Part shown: positions 15,994-25,191 of the stretch, in pieces
Layout: the number at the start of each line of letters is the position of its first letter
Numbering within the stretch: position 1 is the first letter of the stretch
NCBI GenBank assembly: GCA_028284955.1
Contig: JANQQS010000005.1
Location: forward strand, 1,946-65,945
DNA length: 64,000 bases
Direction of reading: 5' to 3'
Source of the DNA: Myxococcota bacterium
Lineage (GTDB): Bacteria > Myxococcota_A > Polyangia > Polyangiales > Houyiibacteriaceae
Position numbers and translations under genes: made by a program
The notes under the pieces: model-generated
Databases searched by the model: none
What the model saw: the letters and a program-made list of their open reading frames with translations, nothing else
Told to the model about the DNA's origin: nothing

Positions 15994-16129
15994 GAGCGTC
16001 CCATAGAGTGGCGGATTTTTGACCGGAGCTCGAGCGCCCCGGCAGCGCAGGCCCGCCGACGTAGTCGGCTACTTCAAGGGCCGAGCAGGGGAGGAAAGCC
16101 GAGCTCCGGTCAAAAGGCCGCCGCTCTAG
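15994..16129 (+). ncRNA. Candidate structured RNA, copy 2 (convergent with recA; 3' end overlaps the recA stop codon)
   Basis: Shares the blocks GAGCGTCCCATAGAG, GAGCGCCCCGGCAGCGCAG, CGAGCAGGGGAGGAAAGCC and AAAAGGCCGC.GCTCTAG with copy 1. Helices GAGTGGCGG/CCGCCGCTC and TTTTGACCGGAGCTCG/CGAGCTCCGGTCAAAA. TTGATTG at 15978-15984. Confidence 0.45.
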
Positions 16130-17238
16130 CTTGGGCGGGGGCGGCGATCCTTACCATTCGCCTTCTTGGAAGACTCGTTTTGCCGAGTTGAGTTCGCCGT
16201 TGTTTTGGATGATGGGCCTTTCGCCTGAGATTCGGCTGGAGGTCCCGATTTTAGCCCATGGAGTTCGAGCAGGCGCTGCTCGATGTCTCGTAGCATTTCT
16301 GGATGTTCCTCGAGAAACGCCCTCGTATTGTCTCGGCCCTGTCCGAGGCGGTCGCCTTTATAGCTGTACCAGGCGCCCGACTTCTCCACGATATTGGCTT
16401 GCACTCCCAGGTCGAGCACGTCGCCGCTTCGGCTCACGCCTTTGCCGAAAAGAATGTCGAACTCGCAGTTTTGGAACGGAGGCGCTAGCTTGTTCTTGAC
16501 GACCTTGACGCGAGCGCGATTTCCGATGGCTTTGTCGCCTACTTTGATGGTGCCAATGCGCCGGATGTCGAGTCGCTGCGATGCATAGAACTTGAGCGCA
16601 TTGCCGCCCGTGGTGGTTTCTGGGCTGCCAAACATCACACCGATTTTCATGCGGATCTGGTTGATGAAGAAAAGCGTCGTGCTGCTTTTCTGCACCGTAC
16701 CCGTGAGCTTGCGCAGCGCTTGGCTCATCAGTCGAGCCTGCAATCCGACGTGCGTGTCACCCATCTCGCCTTCGATTTCTGCCTTGGGGACGAGCGCAGC
16801 CACTGAGTCGACTACGATCGCATCCACCGCTCCCGACCGCACCAGTGTGTCTGCGATTTCAAGCGCTTGCTCACCATGGTCAGGTTGGCTGACCAGGAGC
16901 TCATCGACATTGACGCCAAGTTTGCGGGCATAGGTCGGGTCAAGCGCGTGCTCCGCATCGATAAACGCGGCGACGCCGCCTTGGCGCTGACACTCGGCGA
17001 TCGCATGCAACGTGAGGGTGGTTTTGCCGCTCGATTCTGGCCCGTAGATTTCAACAATTCGGCCTCGTGGGTATCCGCCGATACCGAGTGCGAGGTCGAG
17101 GGAAATGGATCCACTCGAAATCACGGGGACTTCGATTTTTGCGTTGGCGTCCCCGAGGCGCATGATAGCGCCTTTTCCGTAAGCTTTTTCGATCGTTCCG
17201 AGCGCTAGCGACAGCGCTTTGTCGCGGTTCGAATCCAT
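16126..17238 (-). CDS. recA: Recombinase RecA (with a ~35-aa basic/Ser-rich C-terminal tail)
   Basis: [20 protein letters not shown] Walker A and [11 protein letters not shown] at 17238 is preceded by AGGAGG. The upstream in-frame start at 17286 lacks a Shine-Dalgarno sequence. Confidence 0.97.
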   Translation of the reverse strand: MDSNRDKALSLALGTIEKAYGKGAIMRLGDANAKIEVPVISSGSISLDLALGIGGYPRGRIVEIYGPESSGKTTLTLHAIAECQRQGGVAAFIDAEHALDPTYARKLGVNVDELLVSQPDHGEQALEIADTLVRSGAVDAIVVDSVAALVPKAEIEGEMGDTHVGLQARLMSQALRKLTGTVQKSSTTLFFINQIRMKIGVMFGSPETTTGGNALKFYASQRLDIRRIGTIKVGDKAIGNRARVKVVKNKLAPPFQNCEFDILFGKGVSRSGDVLDLGVQANIVEKSGAWYSYKGDRLGQGRDNTRAFLEEHPEMLRDIEQRLLELHGLKSGPPAESQAKGPSSKTTANSTRQNESSKKANGKDRRPRPS

Positions 17239-17247
17239 GACAGGCCT

Positions 17248-17264
17248 CCTGAACGCATGTGTAG
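17248..17264 (-). promoter_or_regulatory. LexA (SOS) box of the Myxococcus type
   Basis: The minus strand reads CTACACATGCGTTCAGG, matching every position of CTRHAMRYBYGTTCAGS (the M. xanthus LexA box as I recall it). It overlaps the recA Shine-Dalgarno sequence. Confidence 0.6.
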
Positions 17265-17304
17265 TTGATTCGTATACGGCCCGCAAGTCATTGCGCGGCC
17301 TTTA

Positions 17305-18537
17305 TCACTGTGCTGCTCTCATGACGTCGCGAAGCGCTAGGTAGGACGCCATGATTCGGATGCGCTCTCGATCCCATTTGAGACGATGCCGCTTCGCGGT
17401 GGTTTCACGATTTCGTTGGGCGAGCGCAATCCATACCGTGCCAACCGGCTTGGTATCGGTTCCGCCTCCCGGTCCTGCGATTCCCGTGGTCGCCACAGCA
17501 AGATCCGAGCGCGCAAGGCGCAACGCTCCTTCCGCCATCTCCATCGCAGTTTCCTCACTGACCGCGCCGTGGCAGCGCAGCGTATCAGGGCTCACGCCGA
17601 GGATTTCTGTCTTTGCAGCGTTGGCGTACGTCACAGCGTCCAAAATTAAGTAGTCCGAGCTGCCTGGGGCGCTCGTGATCATCGAACCGATCATGCCTCC
17701 AGTGCACGATTCGGCTACTGCGAGAGTCAGGCCTTTGTTGCGAAGCATTCGACCGACCGCGCGCGCGAATGTGTCTTCTCCGTCCCCGTACACGACGTCG
17801 CCCAGGCGACGCTTGATTTGCTCGGCGGTTTGTTTGGCTTTTTGTTCTGCGTCGCGCGCATTCTCCGAGCGCGCTAAGACTTTAACTTCGATTTCGGGAA
17901 AATGTGCGCGGTAACCGAGCGTGATCCCCAGATGAGCGGCATCGAGGTCTTCAATGCGTTCGGCCAATGAAGACTCGCCGAGGCCAAACGCCCGCATGCT
18001 GATTTGGTGCGTTGTGCGTGACGCCAGCGGAGCCACCTCGGGAATCACCGATCGTTCGAACATCGGCTTCATTTCGCCCGGCACTCCGGGCAGGCAGAAT
18101 AGACGCGCCCCGTCGAGCTCGAGCCCGAAACCTGGCGCGGTTCCGGTTTGGTTGGGCAGGATGGTCGCTCCTTCCGGAATGTCAGCCTGTTTCGCGTTGA
18201 CGGCCGGCATGTCCAGACCTCGATCGGCGAATAACTGACGGATTCGCTCGAGGGACTCCTGGTCGCGACGAAGCGCAACCTTTGCCGCACGGGCCATCGC
18301 TTCGGCGGTTCGGTCGTCCGAAGTCGGGCCCAGCCCACCGGTGCACACCACGACTTTCGCACGGGCCATCGCGCGCCGGGTGCAGTCGACAATGCGCGCG
18401 TCGTCGTCGTCCACCGTGATGTGTTCGATGACTTCGAAGCCGAGGCCCGTCAGCTGCTCCCCGATCCACGCCGCGTTGGAGTTGATCAGTTCGCCGCGGG
18501 TCAGCTCCGTTCCGATAGAGAGGACGATAGCGAACAT
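17305..18537 (-). CDS. cinA: Competence/damage-inducible protein CinA (MoCF-binding domain + nicotinamide-nucleotide amidase domain)
   Basis: MFAIVLSIGTELTRGELINSNAAWIGEQL is the canonical CinA N-terminus. The C-terminal CESCTGG and ATTGIAGPGGG motifs are present. Immediately upstream of recA on the same strand. Confidence 0.9.
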   Translation of the reverse strand: MFAIVLSIGTELTRGELINSNAAWIGEQLTGLGFEVIEHITVDDDDARIVDCTRRAMARAKVVVCTGGLGPTSDDRTAEAMARAAKVALRRDQESLERIRQLFADRGLDMPAVNAKQADIPEGATILPNQTGTAPGFGLELDGARLFCLPGVPGEMKPMFERSVIPEVAPLASRTTHQISMRAFGLGESSLAERIEDLDAAHLGITLGYRAHFPEIEVKVLARSENARDAEQKAKQTAEQIKRRLGDVVYGDGEDTFARAVGRMLRNKGLTLAVAESCTGGMIGSMITSAPGSSDYLILDAVTYANAAKTEILGVSPDTLRCHGAVSEETAMEMAEGALRLARSDLAVATTGIAGPGGGTDTKPVGTVWIALAQRNRETTAKRHRLKWDRERIRIMASYLALRDVMRAAQ

Positions 18538-18699
18538 ACTGGACGAAGGAGCATGCCCGTGTCGCTCGACGACGTCAACGGGCGGCTGAATCTGCTCAGC
18601 TCGATCGCGACGGCCAAATCCAAACCTTGCAGAGCTTGCTCGGGTTGGCCGCGGTCGGGTCGTCATGTTATCGGAGCGTTGAACAACGGCTGGGAAACG

Positions 18700-20232
18700 A
18701 TGGGGAAGCTGATGCCGATGAGATATGAGTCGTCGATCTGCCTTGCGTGGTCTCTCGTGGTGGCCGCTGCGCTACTTGCAACCACGACGTACGCTCAAAA
18801 AGCTGAATCGCCGAAGTCTCCCGCCGCGAGTCAATCCGCCTCGGGCCAAACCACCACCGGCCAAACCGCCACCCGCCAAACCGCCACCCGCCAAACCTCG
18901 GGAAGCGAGTCTGCTGAGAGCGACGCGAAGAAGGCGGAGGAAAGCCCGCTCGCAAGCCTGCCGATCAAGCGGATGACGCTCGACAACGGGCTCCGTGTCG
19001 TGCTCAGCCCAGACCGAACCGTGCCTACCGTCGCGATCTCGATTTACTATGACGTGGGCTCTCGAAACGAAGAACGCGGGCGCTCGGGGTTCGCTCATTT
19101 GTTCGAGCACATGATGTTTCAAGGATCTGAAAACGTGGGCAAGGGCGAGCACTTTTCGCTCATCATGAATCGCGGTGGAACTATGAACGGCACCACCAGC
19201 GGAGATCGCACCAACTACTTCGAAACCCTGCCCTCAAACGAGCTGGAGCTGGGTCTGTGGCTTGAGGCCGACCGGCTTCGCTCGCTCGCGGTGACGCAAG
19301 AGAACTTTGAAAACCAGCGACAAACCGTGATGGAAGAGCGGCGTCAACGAGTGGACAATCAGCCTTACGTGCCGAGCATGCTTCGCATCAACGAGCTCGC
19401 CTACGGCGACTACTGGCCGTATGCGCATTCGACCATTGGGGACATGCAAGACCTGCAAAACGCGCCTCTCTCCGCCGTGCAGGAGTTTTTTCAACGGCAC
19501 TACGCGCCCAACAACGCGGTGCTGAGCATCGCGGGAGATTTCGATCCGTCTGAGGCGTTGGCGTTGGTAGGTCGTTATTTCGGCAACATTCCCCGTCGGG
19601 AGGTCAAACCTTACCGGGAGCCAAAGCGCAAACCGCAGACCGCCGAGCGCACCGACGTGATCATGGATGCGAACGCCCAGCTGCCGGCGTTTCATATCGC
19701 CTACCCTATCCCTAAGAGCCGAGAGCCCGACCACTACCCGCTCGAGCTACTGGGCTTGATTCTTGGTGATGGTGAGTCGTCGCGGCTCTATCAAAAGCTC
19801 GTGAAAGAGCGTGAGATTTGCCAGTCGATCAGCGTGGGCACCGACGACCGTCGCGGGCCGGATTTGTTTTCGTTTTGGGCTGTGCTGTCTCGCGGAAAGA
19901 AGGCCGAGGACGCACGCAAAGTCATCTACAACGAGCTCACGCAGATCGCGCGTCGGGGGATTTCTGCCAAAGAGATGGAGAAGGCGAGAAATCGAGTGCG
20001 CGCCTACTTCGTGTTTGGGTTGCAATCGAATCTGTCCCGATCTCAGCAGCTCGCCGAGTATGAATTGTACTGGGGCGATGCCACCTTGATTCGCGCTGAG
20101 ATGGACCGGTATCTCGCGGTCACCGCCGATGACATCAAGCGGGTCGCGGGCAACTATTTCGACCCCACCAACCGGACAGTTTTGGATGTGGTTCCCGCCA
20201 CCGCCGATGCCGGGGAGAATGACGCAACATGA
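18700..20232 (+). CDS. M16-family zinc peptidase (catalytic subunit type)
   Basis: HLFEHMMFQGS is the inverted zinc motif HxxEH. Signal peptide present. The start (18700, 18712 or 18718) is uncertain. Confidence 0.85.
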   Translation: MGKLMPMRYESSICLAWSLVVAAALLATTTYAQKAESPKSPAASQSASGQTTTGQTATRQTATRQTSGSESAESDAKKAEESPLASLPIKRMTLDNGLRVVLSPDRTVPTVAISIYYDVGSRNEERGRSGFAHLFEHMMFQGSENVGKGEHFSLIMNRGGTMNGTTSGDRTNYFETLPSNELELGLWLEADRLRSLAVTQENFENQRQTVMEERRQRVDNQPYVPSMLRINELAYGDYWPYAHSTIGDMQDLQNAPLSAVQEFFQRHYAPNNAVLSIAGDFDPSEALALVGRYFGNIPRREVKPYREPKRKPQTAERTDVIMDANAQLPAFHIAYPIPKSREPDHYPLELLGLILGDGESSRLYQKLVKEREICQSISVGTDDRRGPDLFSFWAVLSRGKKAEDARKVIYNELTQIARRGISAKEMEKARNRVRAYFVFGLQSNLSRSQQLAEYELYWGDATLIRAEMDRYLAVTADDIKRVAGNYFDPTNRTVLDVVPATADAGENDAT

Positions 20233-21773
20233 TGGCACGTGACCAGATGGCTGCCGGGTTTTGGGTGAGCATGTTGATGGCGATGGGAGTTGCCTGTGGT
20301 GGCGCTGAGCGACCACAAACGTTGGCTCCCGCGAGGCCGCCGGCGAGCGCCTCAGACGCCGCCCAAAACGTGGGTCAGAAACAGGCGCCACCCGCTTCCG
20401 GCCCCGCACGAGACATATCGTTTCCTCCCATCGTTCGGTCGGAGACACCGTCGGGGCTCGAAGTCAACGTCGTGGAGTGGCGGCAGCTGCCTGTCGTCTA
20501 TCTTCGATTGGTTGTGCGCTCGGGTTCGGAAACCGACCCAGCGGAGCTGCCCGGGCTTTCGGGTTTGGTGTCGGCGATGTTGAAGGAAGGCACTCGCCGC
20601 CGGAGCAGTAGCCGTTTGGCGGAAGATGTAGAGTTCCTTGGCGCGGATTTGTCGGCCGGCGCAGACGAAGAAAACGTCTATGTCACGATTCGCGCGCTGT
20701 CTGAGCACGTGGACGAAGCACTCGATATCTTGGCCGATGTCGTGACGCAGCCGGCGTTTCGGCAGGACGAGTTGAGAAAGCTGCGCGCGCGCGAACTCGA
20801 TCGGCTTTCGCTGATGACGCAACGCCCGGAGTATCTGGCCGAGCAAGCGTTTCATCGAACGCTTTACGGCGACCATCCCTACGCGCAAATCGACGCCACG
20901 GTGGACAGCGTCAAGCGAGTGAAGCGAGGGGACCTCGCAAAATGGCACCGCAAGCACTTCGTTCCGAGCAATTCGTTCTTGGTGGTGGTGGGGAACGTAG
21001 ACGCGAGCAAGATGCAAAGCGTTGCCGCCTCGGCGTTTTCAAAATGGAAGGGCAAAGCGCCAGAGGTGCCTGAGTTTCCTGCGCCGCCCGTACGCACCAA
21101 GCGCACTATCGTGGTGGTGGACCGTCCTGGGTCGGTGCAATCGGTGATTCGCGTGGGCAATCTTGCGGTGCCCCGAGACGACGACGACTGGATTCCGCTC
21201 CAAGTCTCAAACCAGGTGCTGGGCGGGTCGGCGGCGTCGCGTCTGTTCATGGATTTGCGGGAGCGGAGAAGCCTTACCTACGGAGCCTACAGCCGCGTAG
21301 ACGATCGCGTGCAGGTCGGTCCGTTCGTTGCCAAGGCATCGGTGCGGACCGAGGTCACGGAAGAGGCGGTGGGCGCGTTCTTCGAGCATTTTGAGCGCAT
21401 CGTCAAAGAGGAAGCGCCGGCTGAAGAGTTGCGTAATGCGCAGCGTTTTCTGAGTGACTCGTTCCCCTTGCGCATCGATACGCCTGGCAAAATCGCCTCG
21501 CTCGTCGCCGACTTGCGCATCTTCGGTCTCGCCGACGACTACTGGGATTCATTCCGCAGCAAAATCCGCGACGTAAACTCGGCACAGGCGCTCGCCGCCA
21601 TTCGTACCCACGTACATCCCGACCGCGCGTTGCTCGTGGTGGTAGGAGAAGCAGCCAAGATCGCGGAGGGGCTTAAACGCTATGGCGAGGTTTTGGTGGT
21701 GGACGCCGAAGGCAAAACCAAATCATCTTCGGAGGGTCAGCGGACGGACGCGTCGAAGAAGCCAGCGGAGTAG
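20229..21773 (+). CDS. M16-family peptidase-like protein (no HxxEH; non-catalytic partner type)
   Basis: ATGA overlap with the upstream M16 gene. M16 fold-like sequence (LPVVYLRLVVRSGSETDP...) without the zinc motif. Confidence 0.8.
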   Translation: MMARDQMAAGFWVSMLMAMGVACGGAERPQTLAPARPPASASDAAQNVGQKQAPPASGPARDISFPPIVRSETPSGLEVNVVEWRQLPVVYLRLVVRSGSETDPAELPGLSGLVSAMLKEGTRRRSSSRLAEDVEFLGADLSAGADEENVYVTIRALSEHVDEALDILADVVTQPAFRQDELRKLRARELDRLSLMTQRPEYLAEQAFHRTLYGDHPYAQIDATVDSVKRVKRGDLAKWHRKHFVPSNSFLVVVGNVDASKMQSVAASAFSKWKGKAPEVPEFPAPPVRTKRTIVVVDRPGSVQSVIRVGNLAVPRDDDDWIPLQVSNQVLGGSAASRLFMDLRERRSLTYGAYSRVDDRVQVGPFVAKASVRTEVTEEAVGAFFEHFERIVKEEAPAEELRNAQRFLSDSFPLRIDTPGKIASLVADLRIFGLADDYWDSFRSKIRDVNSAQALAAIRTHVHPDRALLVVVGEAAKIAEGLKRYGEVLVVDAEGKTKSSSEGQRTDASKKPAE

Positions 21774-21967
21774 CTACCGGCCGGAGTAACTACCGCGCTG
21801 ATTATTGTGGCAACGAGCGCGAGGTATCGTCTGTGAGAGCGCTGCGTACACATTTCTGCTAGGGTCTCCGCCTCAAATATTCGTTCGACGGTCCGAAAGA
21901 ACGTCGAGCCAACCGAGGCAGCAAGGTGCATGCAGTTCAGAGCCACCTTCGTGTGTTGACGCCAACG

Positions 21968-23248
21968 ATGTTGGGCATTCACTTCTGTGCCGCTCCCGCC
22001 TGCGGGTGGGTCGTTCTGGTTCTTTTCGTCGCGGCCGCGTTCGAGGGTTGTTCTCCGCCCTTTTCGGGAGCTCCCGATCAGGTGAAGAAATCGGGGGCGT
22101 GCGGGTCGATCGAGCTGGCTAGTCCGCTCGAAGTACGGCGACGAAAGAGCACAAATCAAAGCGACAAAGACACTTGGGACCTCTATCGACTTGCGAACTC
22201 CTTGCGGAATGTGCCTAGTACGCATGAAATCGCGACCCGAGTACGAAATGAATCGTCGACCCAACTAGGCTACTACGCAGAGCTTTCCTTCTCAGGTGCA
22301 CAACAGGGTGCGGACTATCGTCCGCAGTGTTTTCAGCTCGCGTCCAAGGTTTCGACGCCGACTGGCGGAACCTCTTGCTCGTCGACAGAGCTAATCTTTC
22401 GTCAGTACGACCCGACCGGTCGCTCCCATCCGCTACCGCTCTATCTCGATGGAAGGTATCGCCTGCGCATCTCGCAGAGATGCAGTGGAACGCCCATCGA
22501 AAAAGATGAGCGCGTCTCCTGCGATAGCTTGAACAGCGTGAATGGTGAGCTTCCAGCGGGAACAGTCGGCCTCTCGAATAACGATGCGCAATGGCAGATC
22601 GACCAGACCATCACCGTCAACTACCTGCGCTTTTGTCGTGGCGAGTCCGGTGGGGTACTCGACAACCCAAACGCGTCTATGCGGCATCTAGCCGCGAAAT
22701 TCAAGGCTGGAGGAGTCGGGGTCGCAAAGCTTTCCGCGCAACTTGCGACGACGCGAAACCAGAACTCGCTCGCGCAGGCTTTGTTCCGAGCAGAGGGTTT
22801 GTCCACTACTTCACCCGGAGAAAAACTGGAGATCGATCACGTTCGGCAGTGCCTCGCTTCAACCTACAACCAATCGCTGGTTCGTGTACGAGCCGGTAGT
22901 TTTTTCGCCGTCATTCCAAGTAGCTATTCGTTCGAAACGATCACCGCAAAGCGTTATCACGTCGATGAGGTACCCTACTTGTTTGGCGTGTGGGCGAAAC
23001 ATGGCGGTACCGAACTTTGTGATGGACCATCCAAACACCTCGGGAACGGTAGCTACGAGTGCCTCGCTGAAAGAAGCATAGTCACTGAACGCGGTGAAAT
23101 TGCGTTGATTGGCGGTGGAAAAAACAAGATAAGCCGAGGGGTCCATCGCACTGCAGAACGCGGGCGCAATGATCGGACGCGAGGATACCTGAGGCTCCGG
23201 TTTTCGCTGATTCACTGGCCCGAAGGATGGCTGGGGGCGCTTCCCTAA
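21968..23248 (+). CDS. Hypothetical lipoprotein (orphan)
   Basis: MLGIHFCAAPACGWVVLVLFVAAAFEGCS signal/lipobox. No recognisable domain. The 5' ~250 nt plus its upstream region are duplicated at 23358-23750. Confidence 0.55.
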   Translation: MLGIHFCAAPACGWVVLVLFVAAAFEGCSPPFSGAPDQVKKSGACGSIELASPLEVRRRKSTNQSDKDTWDLYRLANSLRNVPSTHEIATRVRNESSTQLGYYAELSFSGAQQGADYRPQCFQLASKVSTPTGGTSCSSTELIFRQYDPTGRSHPLPLYLDGRYRLRISQRCSGTPIEKDERVSCDSLNSVNGELPAGTVGLSNNDAQWQIDQTITVNYLRFCRGESGGVLDNPNASMRHLAAKFKAGGVGVAKLSAQLATTRNQNSLAQALFRAEGLSTTSPGEKLEIDHVRQCLASTYNQSLVRVRAGSFFAVIPSSYSFETITAKRYHVDEVPYLFGVWAKHGGTELCDGPSKHLGNGSYECLAERSIVTERGEIALIGGGKNKISRGVHRTAERGRNDRTRGYLRLRFSLIHWPEGWLGALP

Positions 23249-23459
23249 CCGCGCATCCGTTCCTCATGCCGTTCCGGATGCGCGCGAGAGGCTCAAGATC
23301 AGGCCAACGGCGATTGAAGCAGCCGCGGGGGTTCATCGTTGCGGGTTGCGGGTAGTGTATCGGCTGTGAGAGCGCTGCTCGCGCGCTTCTGCTAGAACGT
23401 GCGCCTGATATACGGGTTCGATCCTTCGAAAAGAGCGTCGGGCCGCGCGAGGCAACAAG

Positions 23460-23786
23460 GTGCAGGCAGTTCAGGTTCACCTTCGTTCATTGACGCCAAC
23501 TACGTCGGGCATTCGCCGCCGCGTCGCTCCCGCCCACGGGTGGGTCGTCCTTATTTTTTTCGTCACTGTGGCGTCAGGTGCTTGCTCTCCGCCCTTTTCG
23601 GAAGCGCCGGGTCAAGTGGAGAAATCGGGGACGTGCGGGTCGATCGAGCTGGCTAGCCCGCTTGAAGTGCGGCGTCGAAAAGACACGCGTCCGAGTAGGG
23701 AGGACAGTGACGCTCTGGTACGAATTTCGGCGTCCTTGCGGCGCGTGCCGAGCGCGCGCAGCACAATACGTCTCGGGGCTATTTGA
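23460..23786 (+). pseudogene. Truncated paralogue of the 21968-23248 lipoprotein gene (first ~95 codons only)
   Basis: The translation (GACSPPFSEAPGQVEKSGTCGSIELASPLEVRRRK) parallels GCSPPFSGAPDQVKKSGACGSIELASPLEVRRRK. The ORF stops after 108 codons and 170 bp of non-coding DNA follow. Confidence 0.5.
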
Positions 23787-23968
23787 AGATGATGTTTTCC
23801 CAAGTTCATTGGCTTCAGGGATCGATCGGTGCGAGCCCGTAGGAGTGACGCTGAGCAGATGAAAAGATGAGCATGTCCCCGCTTGCGGTATGGCTGCTAG
23901 CTCGTTTGAGCCAACCCGTTTGCTCGACAAGCGCATCCGAATCTCGGATATAAGGCTTGAGTCATCGT

Positions 23969-25102
23969 ATGCCTACACGTCGACAAGCTCTGGCGCTCCG
24001 TGCGATCGCCGGTTTCGCGTGGTTGCTGTCCGGATGTTCGGAAGACGCCGGGCTTCCACAACAAGAGGGGTGCGACGGTTCGCGTTTTTTGGTGCGACCG
24101 GAAGATCCGGCGGCGCGAGGTCCGTGGGCGGTCGGCGCGCGCACAGTGATGGTTGGTGGCTTGACGGTCGAGCTTTGGTATCCGGCGGAGCCGGGTAGCG
24201 AGGTCGATCAAACGGCGGCGACGTACGACCTTCGGCCAGCGTTGCCGTCCTCAGAGCAATCCAAAGTGCCCGATGAACGCAATCCGATCCAGACCTGCGA
24301 TTGCTTTCGCGACCTTCCCATCGACGCTGCGCGCGGCCCGTTTCCCGTAGTGTTTTTCATGCACGGCACGGGATCGTTTCGAACCCAGTCGGCGTCGTTG
24401 ACGACGGCGTGGGCGAGTCGCGGTTTTGTGGTGGCGGCGGCCGATCATCCCGGGCTCGGGCTGGCCGACAGTCTTACGCGGGTCGGGTGCCCGGGCTCGC
24501 CGCCAGAGCGCGACCTTAAATCCGATGTCGAAACGGTGCGTGCCGCGATCGAATCTGCGGAAGGTGACCTATCGTTTCTCGCCGAGCGCGTGGACCTTTC
24601 GCGCATTGGGCTTGCGGGTCATAGCGCCGGAGGGGCAGCCGTGGCTTCGCTGAGCGACCTTCCCGGCGCACAGGTTGGCCTCGCGCTCGCCGCGAGGGAG
24701 CCGATCATGGGTCTTCACACGGTCTTTCTGGCGGGCGGTTCGGATCGCGTCGTGTCTTCAGAAGACGTATCGAGCGCGTACGAGGCCTCCCCGGCCCCGA
24801 AGCACTTCGTGCAACTTGATGGCGCGACCCATCTTTCGTTTTCGGATATCTGCGACGTCGTCAACGACGCGGGTGAGAATATTCTCGAAGTAGCCATCGA
24901 TGTGGGCGTGTGCGGCGTCGCGTTCGCCGCGTCGCTCTTCGATTGCGACGCGAGCCTGCCAACCTCCGAAGCGCGCGCGATCAATCAATACGCGACGACG
25001 TCGGTGCTCGAAGAGGTTCTGCAGTGCCGCGGCAGCGAAGACCCGCTCGCGATGCTGCAGAGCCGTTTTGAAGGCGTGGCCGTGTTCGAGAGTGCCCGGT
25101 AG
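23969..25102 (+). CDS. Secreted alpha/beta-hydrolase (PAF-acetylhydrolase / dienelactone-hydrolase-like), lipoprotein
   Basis: RRQALALRAIAGFAWLLSGCS signal/lipobox. Nucleophile elbow GHSAGG. PVVFFMHGTGS oxyanion region. Confidence 0.7.
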   Translation: MPTRRQALALRAIAGFAWLLSGCSEDAGLPQQEGCDGSRFLVRPEDPAARGPWAVGARTVMVGGLTVELWYPAEPGSEVDQTAATYDLRPALPSSEQSKVPDERNPIQTCDCFRDLPIDAARGPFPVVFFMHGTGSFRTQSASLTTAWASRGFVVAAADHPGLGLADSLTRVGCPGSPPERDLKSDVETVRAAIESAEGDLSFLAERVDLSRIGLAGHSAGGAAVASLSDLPGAQVGLALAAREPIMGLHTVFLAGGSDRVVSSEDVSSAYEASPAPKHFVQLDGATHLSFSDICDVVNDAGENILEVAIDVGVCGVAFAASLFDCDASLPTSEARAINQYATTSVLEEVLQCRGSEDPLAMLQSRFEGVAVFESAR

Positions 25103-25191
25103 GCGCTAACTCTTCCGATAGATTTCTCGTCGATGTCCTTTGATGACCACGACGACGATGGTGTTCCTGTCGATTTCATTGTTCTCGAGTT

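Noticed and set aside
21737-22264. The 175-aa minus-strand ORF and the + strand frame-shifted ORFs (21805-22122, 23399-23656) across the duplicated lipoprotein 5' region.
   Set aside because: Comparison of the two DNA copies shows conservative changes in the lipoprotein frame (GCSPPFS...CGSIELASPLEVRRRK). The alternative frames give Arg/Ser-rich strings.
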